Virus record (IMG/VR): IMGVR_UViG_3300027819_000034
Location: 1 to 37,741 of that record
Strand: one strand, 5' to 3'
DNA from: a virus
Lineage: Duplodnaviria; Caudoviricetes
Length of the DNA: 37,741 nucleotides
Numbering within the stretch: the first letter of the stretch is position 1; each line of letters starts with the position of its first letter. The translations under genes were made by a program, and so were the position numbers. A model generated the notes under the pieces. That model saw only the letters and a list, made by a program, of their open reading frames with translations. It did not search any database and was not told where the DNA came from. Below are positions 34,348-37,741 of the stretch, in pieces.

Positions 34348-34740
34348 TTATATTATTTCATCCCTCGCTTCAAAACTATGCTTCTCAATAAGTTCTCTTT
34401 TGTTCATTTTTGTAGACAAGGGTGCTTTCTCCGCTTTGACTATTTCATCTGCAGTCGCAATCGAATCAGTTCCTCCAAAGCCAGCAAAACCTAGAGCCCG
34501 TCCTACCGCCGAAGTTTCCGCAACCTCATAAGGCGACATCTTCTCAATAGTCTTTGATGGATTAGCAGCAGAAATTCCGGTAAAGGTTTCTCCTTGCTTC
34601 ATCGTAACCGTTGCTTTTACTACAACAGGATCTTGATATAAGACTTCGGTGGTAATACTTAATACATTTTTAGTATTGTGAGCCATTTGTACTCGTTCTG
34701 CTACCGTTATGTATTCGCGTCCGTGGATCATTATACTCAT
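34348..34740 (-). CDS. Putative ssDNA-annealing protein (Rad52/Sak-like)
   Basis: Y.TV.ER...AETSAVGRAL...G.G...SIA.ADE. Confidence 0.65.
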   Translation of the reverse strand: MSIMIHGREYITVAERVQMAHNTKNVLSITTEVLYQDPVVVKATVTMKQGETFTGISAANPSKTIEKMSPYEVAETSAVGRALGFAGFGGTDSIATADEIVKAEKAPLSTKMNKRELIEKHSFEARDEII

Positions 34741-34759
34741 ATTTTTATTTATTTATTTT

Positions 34760-34987
34760 CTAAAAAGCAAAGTCATGGCGTTCGCAAGCACTCATATCTT
34801 CGCTAATTCCTTTGAGACAACGCCAGCAGCAATTTTCATTGCAGGTGAGGCACGATGCTAAACCATTACCATCGCGTTCAATATCATGACCAATATGGTC
34901 ATTCTTTTTAATTGCTTCGTTTGCTTTTACTAATGCTTCAGTTCCAGACAACATCGTGATATGTCCTAATAAGTTATTTAATTCCAT
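34760..34987 (-). CDS. Hypothetical zinc-binding protein, 75 aa
   Basis: First gene after the promoter at 35073-35101. Confidence 0.65.
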   Translation of the reverse strand: MELNNLLGHITMLSGTEALVKANEAIKKNDHIGHDIERDGNGLASCLTCNENCCWRCLKGISEDMSACERHDFAF

Positions 34988-35072
34988 AGCGTTTTTTGTT
35001 ATTCTTTATAATGGAGTCGTTGCTGTGAGGGCACGGCTTCTTTCTTTTTTAATGTTTCGACTTTGTACTTAC

Positions 35073-35119
35073 AGTATATATTGCATTTGCAATGTCGTCA
35101 AGTGCCCCCCTGTGGATAA
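35073..35119 (-). promoter_or_regulatory. Sigma70 promoter TTGACG-N17-TATACT with palindromic spacer and upstream DnaA box
   Basis: -35 at 35096-35101, -10 at 35073-35078, ATTGCA-NN-TGCAAT in the spacer, TTATCCACA at 35111-35119. Confidence 0.85.
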
Positions 35120-35124
35120 AGTTT

Positions 35125-35274
35125 TTAACTAGAAATTTCCCGTAAAGCAAACAAAGGTATTAAAATAAACGGTGCGACGAATATAAAATCTACAAGTATC
35201 TGCTCGTACATTATTCCTCCGGTTTTATCTGATATGTATTCTTCCTTAATGATTTCCCACAGTGGTTTCGGCAT
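35125..35274 (-). CDS. 49-aa peptide with C-terminal hydrophobic segment
   Basis: MPKPLWEIIKEEY...DFIFVAPFILIPLFALREISS; read by hand. Confidence 0.45.
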   Translation of the reverse strand: MPKPLWEIIKEEYISDKTGGIMYEQILVDFIFVAPFILIPLFALREISS

Positions 35275-35632
35275 TTTTACAAATACAATCATTTTTATGT
35301 TCCCAATTCATTTTTGCGTAATATCCTTCATGCGATGCTTTCACAAAATCAGCACGGCGAAAACCGTTTGATATTTCTTTCGGTTTTTCCACGGGCATCA
35401 ATAATCCATCAACTTTAATCCCTAATCGTTGATATTCACTAACAATACTTCCCGCATCGTTCATGCTAGCAATAAGTTTACTTTTAATCGTTGGTTTATT
35501 TTCTAAAATAATAAATTCCCTCCCTTCATTTAATGCTTTTTGTACTTGTTTATATTGATCATCGTTAATTAACACTTCTTTAGTTTCAAACTCTCCTTCT
35601 CCGGTGTAGTAAATTATTTGCCAGTATTTCAT
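35246..35632 (-). CDS. Hypothetical protein, 128 aa, downstream of the replication initiator
   Basis: Abuts the initiator gene. Confidence 0.75.
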   Translation of the reverse strand: MKYWQIIYYTGEGEFETKEVLINDDQYKQVQKALNEGREFIILENKPTIKSKLIASMNDAGSIVSEYQRLGIKVDGLLMPVEKPKEISNGFRRADFVKASHEGYYAKMNWEHKNDCICKNAETTVGNH

Positions 35633-35633
35633 A

Positions 35634-36389
35634 TTATTTTATTATCGGACTTCCTACTGTACGACTATTGTTTTGTAATTCTTTCACTTTAATTGCAATA
35701 CGATCAAAATTCTTTTTCAACTCATAAGGACTAAATGCCTTACAATTACTTGGTATGTAGGGCTCGACATTTAATTTAGGCAATAATTTGTTTACCAATA
35801 ATTCATATTTTTCTAATGGTGCAAGAGCGAGCAATTCTTTTGCGGCACTTCTTTGAGATACGTTATTAAACCAACTCTTATAATTTATAGGACTTATGCC
35901 TTTGAAAAGATCAATAAATTTATTAACTTCAATATCAGCAACGCTTGGCGTTGCAAGGATGTACTCATCCTTAATTTCTTTCTTTTCTTTATTACTTTCC
36001 CCTTCTTTATTACTTATAGGTGCTGTTTTTGCACTGGGGCTATTTTGCACTGGGGCTATTTTGCACTGGGGCTCGATGCTTTTATGACCCAAAGTGCTGT
36101 TTTTGCACTGGGGCTCTTTTGAGAACTTTAAGTGATATTTTACTTTGCCAGTTGATAAGCGTTCTCGTACAAGATATCCAGCTTTTTCCAATTCTTGAAG
36201 AATTGTTTTTGTTGTCCGTAAACAATCTGTACTATCTTTTGCTATTCTTTCTGCTGAAAAATCCCAATTTTCAGGTTTACTAAAAAGATAGGCGAATAGA
36301 CCTTTAGCTTTCCACGATAATTGAGGATCATTAAGCACCTCATTCGCTATCTGTGTAAACGGGACACCCTGTTTTTGTAATTTCGCCAT
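35634..36389 (-). CDS. Phage replication initiator (N-terminal winged HTH)
   Basis: FTQIANEVLND..LS.KAKGL..YL.S.P..W...ELE..GYL; internal iterons; start moved to ATG 36389. Confidence 0.85.
   Translation of the reverse strand: MAKLQKQGVPFTQIANEVLNDPQLSWKAKGLFAYLFSKPENWDFSAERIAKDSTDCLRTTKTILQELEKAGYLVRERLSTGKVKYHLKFSKEPQCKNSTLGHKSIEPQCKIAPVQNSPSAKTAPISNKEGESNKEKKEIKDEYILATPSVADIEVNKFIDLFKGISPINYKSWFNNVSQRSAAKELLALAPLEKYELLVNKLLPKLNVEPYIPSNCKAFSPYELKKNFDRIAIKVKELQNNSRTVGSPIIK
36020..36115. repeat. Four iterons TTTTGCACTGGGGCT (putative replication origin)
   Basis: Copies at 36027, 36043, 36059 and 36101, inside the initiator gene beside an AT-rich tract. Confidence 0.85.
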
Positions 36390-36402
36390 ATCAAATTGGT
36401 AA

Positions 36403-36480
36403 TAAAAAAGCACTATCGCGTGAGTAGGTGCCTCTATCTAATAAAAGATTTCAGCACCTGCCCAACCGACAATGCTCTTG
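36403..36480 (-). promoter_or_regulatory. Long hairpin plus U-tract in the initiator leader (attenuator-like)
   Basis: AGCAUUGUCG..UGGGCAGGUGC pairs with GCACCUACUCA..CGAUAGUGCU, then UUUUU; two GTGTATAAT elements upstream. Confidence 0.65.
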
Positions 36481-36591
36481 TTAGGCATTATACACGCGCG
36501 CAAGTTTAAGTGATTGCGACACTGAATTGCTAATAATTTAATTATACACTATTCGATATAACGTCTCTTGTGAATAACTTATACATCAACA

Positions 36592-36703
36592 CATTCATCG
36601 CAATACCAGCAATACGTGGACATGAAGGTAAATTTTACAAAACCTCGGCAACACCACGCATACTGGATTTTCAAATTTTGTTGCCGGTATTGAGATGAAT
36701 GCT
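36592..36703 (-). ncRNA. Candidate rod-like small RNA 3
   Basis: CAUUCAUC-U-CAAUACCGGCAA pairs with UUGCUGGUAUUG-C-GAUGAAUG; inner AUGCGUGG/CCACGUAU stem; TAAACT upstream inside a palindrome at 36710-36731. Confidence 0.55.
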
Positions 36704-36787
36704 ACTTATAGTTTATAAATGTTTATAAACTTTTACAAATAGAAACGGGGGAAAACTCAATTTGCATTTTGTTATATAATTAGAGAT

Positions 36788-36946
36788 ATGGAAAAGACAT
36801 GTAAAAATTGTCATCGCATATTCAAACCAAAAAATGAACGAGACGCAGAGACATACAAATGGATGATGCGAACTTATTGTTCCATAGAATGCTGCCGATC
36901 ATTTCGTCGCAATGATGAAAAAGAAAATAAAAATTATCCTATATGA
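36788..36946 (+). CDS. 52-aa zinc-finger protein (CxxC...YCSxxC), probably leaderless
   Basis: TATAAT 7 nt before ATG; ATGA overlap with the next gene; not in the ORF track. Confidence 0.7.
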   Translation: MEKTCKNCHRIFKPKNERDAETYKWMMRTYCSIECCRSFRRNDEKENKNYPI

Positions 36947-37281
36947 TCACTAAACGTATTTGCCCCGTATGCAAAAAACAATTCAAAGGATCACGAATGA
37001 TTTGTTATGAATGTTTGAAGAAAGAACGCAAGGAAAGACTGATCACAAATATTAAATCAATATTAGAAAACCTATATTATAAAGTTATGAATAAAGAATT
37101 ACCGATGTCTGTTGAGGGCGATCCTGAATTACAAGTCATAGGAACAAAAAATAGCATGAAACGGCGTATCCATAGGTCAAGATCAAAATCTTATAAGGAC
37201 TACCTCAAAGAATATAGTAAAAAACATCCTCTAAAAACTGTTGCAGGAAGCGGCAGTTATTCGGAATTTCCGAATAACTGA
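36943..37281 (+). CDS. Basic zinc-finger protein, 112 aa
   Basis: CPVC...CYEC. Confidence 0.7.
   Translation: MITKRICPVCKKQFKGSRMICYECLKKERKERLITNIKSILENLYYKVMNKELPMSVEGDPELQVIGTKNSMKRRIHRSRSKSYKDYLKEYSKKHPLKTVAGSGSYSEFPNN
37254..37280. repeat. 27-bp palindrome, core ATTCGGAATTTCCGAAT
   Basis: CAGTTATTCGGAA-T-TTCCGAATAACTG. Confidence 0.85.
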
Positions 37282-37322
37282 ATTTTCACTCAATTCGCCT
37301 GTTTCTATGTTATACTATATTC

Positions 37323-37440
37323 GAGCGATGGTGCATATCGAATCCATGTATGTTAAAAGTTGTGCTCGTTACAACTGCCAAGAAATAAATCGTTCAAATG
37401 ACCGGCAGGATAGGCTTCGGCTGAACTTCCTGCATTTTTT
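37323..37440 (+). ncRNA. Candidate structured small RNA 2 with intrinsic terminator
   Basis: TGTTATACT at 37308-37316; GAGCGAU (37323-29) pairs with AUCGUUC (37389-95); AGUUGU/ACAACU hairpin; GCAGGA/UCCUGC stem with a C-UUCG-G loop and U6. Confidence 0.6.
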
Positions 37441-37471
37441 ATAATCTACTCTTGTTCAAATCTACTCATAG

Positions 37472-37523
37472 TAATAAAATTGCTCTTTTGGTTTTAGGAG
37501 GAAAGAGCATGACCCCCAAATTC
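37472..37523 (-). terminator. 3' end element of cassette B: 8-bp stem with CCUCCUAAAACCA loop plus AUUUUAUU; predicted pseudoknot
   Basis: Arms 37502-09 and 37481-88; GGGGG at 37513-17 can pair with CCUCC at 37497-37501. Confidence 0.7.
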
Positions 37524-37741
37524 TATGATACTTCGGTGATGACGTACTTCTCCCAGTCTCGGATTTCACCTCCTCTGACTATTGGTGGGAGCGGGATTTT
37601 CGCAGGAACGAATACGACATCGCCCTGTATCACCCCGATACAAACTGTCAGTACAAGTTGCATTGAAATATTGAGCACTCCGAACATCTTTGCGTCATCA
37701 AGGCATATTTCATTACCCTGAACGCGGAGCAAGCAATGAAT
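37523..37741 (-). CDS. 3' part of the 134-aa junction-spanning gene
   Basis: In frame with 326..1; ends ...WEKYVITEVS, TAG at 37523-25. Confidence 0.8.
   Translation of the reverse strand: MHCLLRVQGNEICLDDAKMFGVLNISMQLVLTVCIGVIQGDVVFVPAKIPLPPIVRGGEIRDWEKYVITEVS
37602..37741. repeat. Terminal direct repeat, right copy
   Basis: 137 of 140 positions identical to 1-140. Confidence 0.95.

Noticed and set aside
35125-35220. GGAGG-led 28-aa Fst-like toxin
   Set aside because: GGAGGA is in-frame Gly-Gly of a longer 49-aa ORF and I see no antitoxin layout; not excluded entirely.
37338-37345. TCGAATCC as a tRNA T-loop
   Set aside because: No cloverleaf, T-stem or acceptor stem.
1-37741. Stop-codon reassignment, integrase/att site, introns or inteins
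   Set aside because: TAA, TAG and TGA all end genes and core genes are uninterrupted at normal length; no recombinase motif seen.

Overview
The window looks like a complete, circularisable tailed-phage genome of about 37,601 bp; bases 1-140 are repeated at 37602-37741. Almost all genes lie on the minus strand, in the order replication/recombination, nin-like small genes, GroEL-like chaperonin, ParB-methyltransferase, terminase small and large subunits, portal, scaffold, capsid, short-tail (podovirus-like) and ejection proteins, fibres, and lysis. I see no integrase, CI-type repressor, tRNA or CRISPR array. AT-rich starts without Shine-Dalgarno (SD) sequences, leaderless promoters, ATST-rich exported proteins and a 3D-domain gene suggest a Patescibacteria (CPR) host using code 11; this is inference only. 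The most unusual part is a roughly 3 kb island across the junction (about 36400-37601 plus 1-1840). It holds (i) two unrelated, SD-led mRNA cassettes that end in the same predicted H-type pseudoknot with an anti-SD (CCUCC) element, and whose 5' leaders are complementary to that 3' element, and (ii) three promoter-led candidate small RNAs whose first nucleotides pair with their 3' ends. Other notable signals are a threefold-symmetric RNA junction before the capsid genes, four virion-module proteins with an N-terminal membrane segment followed by an LGA/FGG motif, and two 27-bp palindromes sharing a 17-bp core. All calls are by eye; no searches or folding programs were run.
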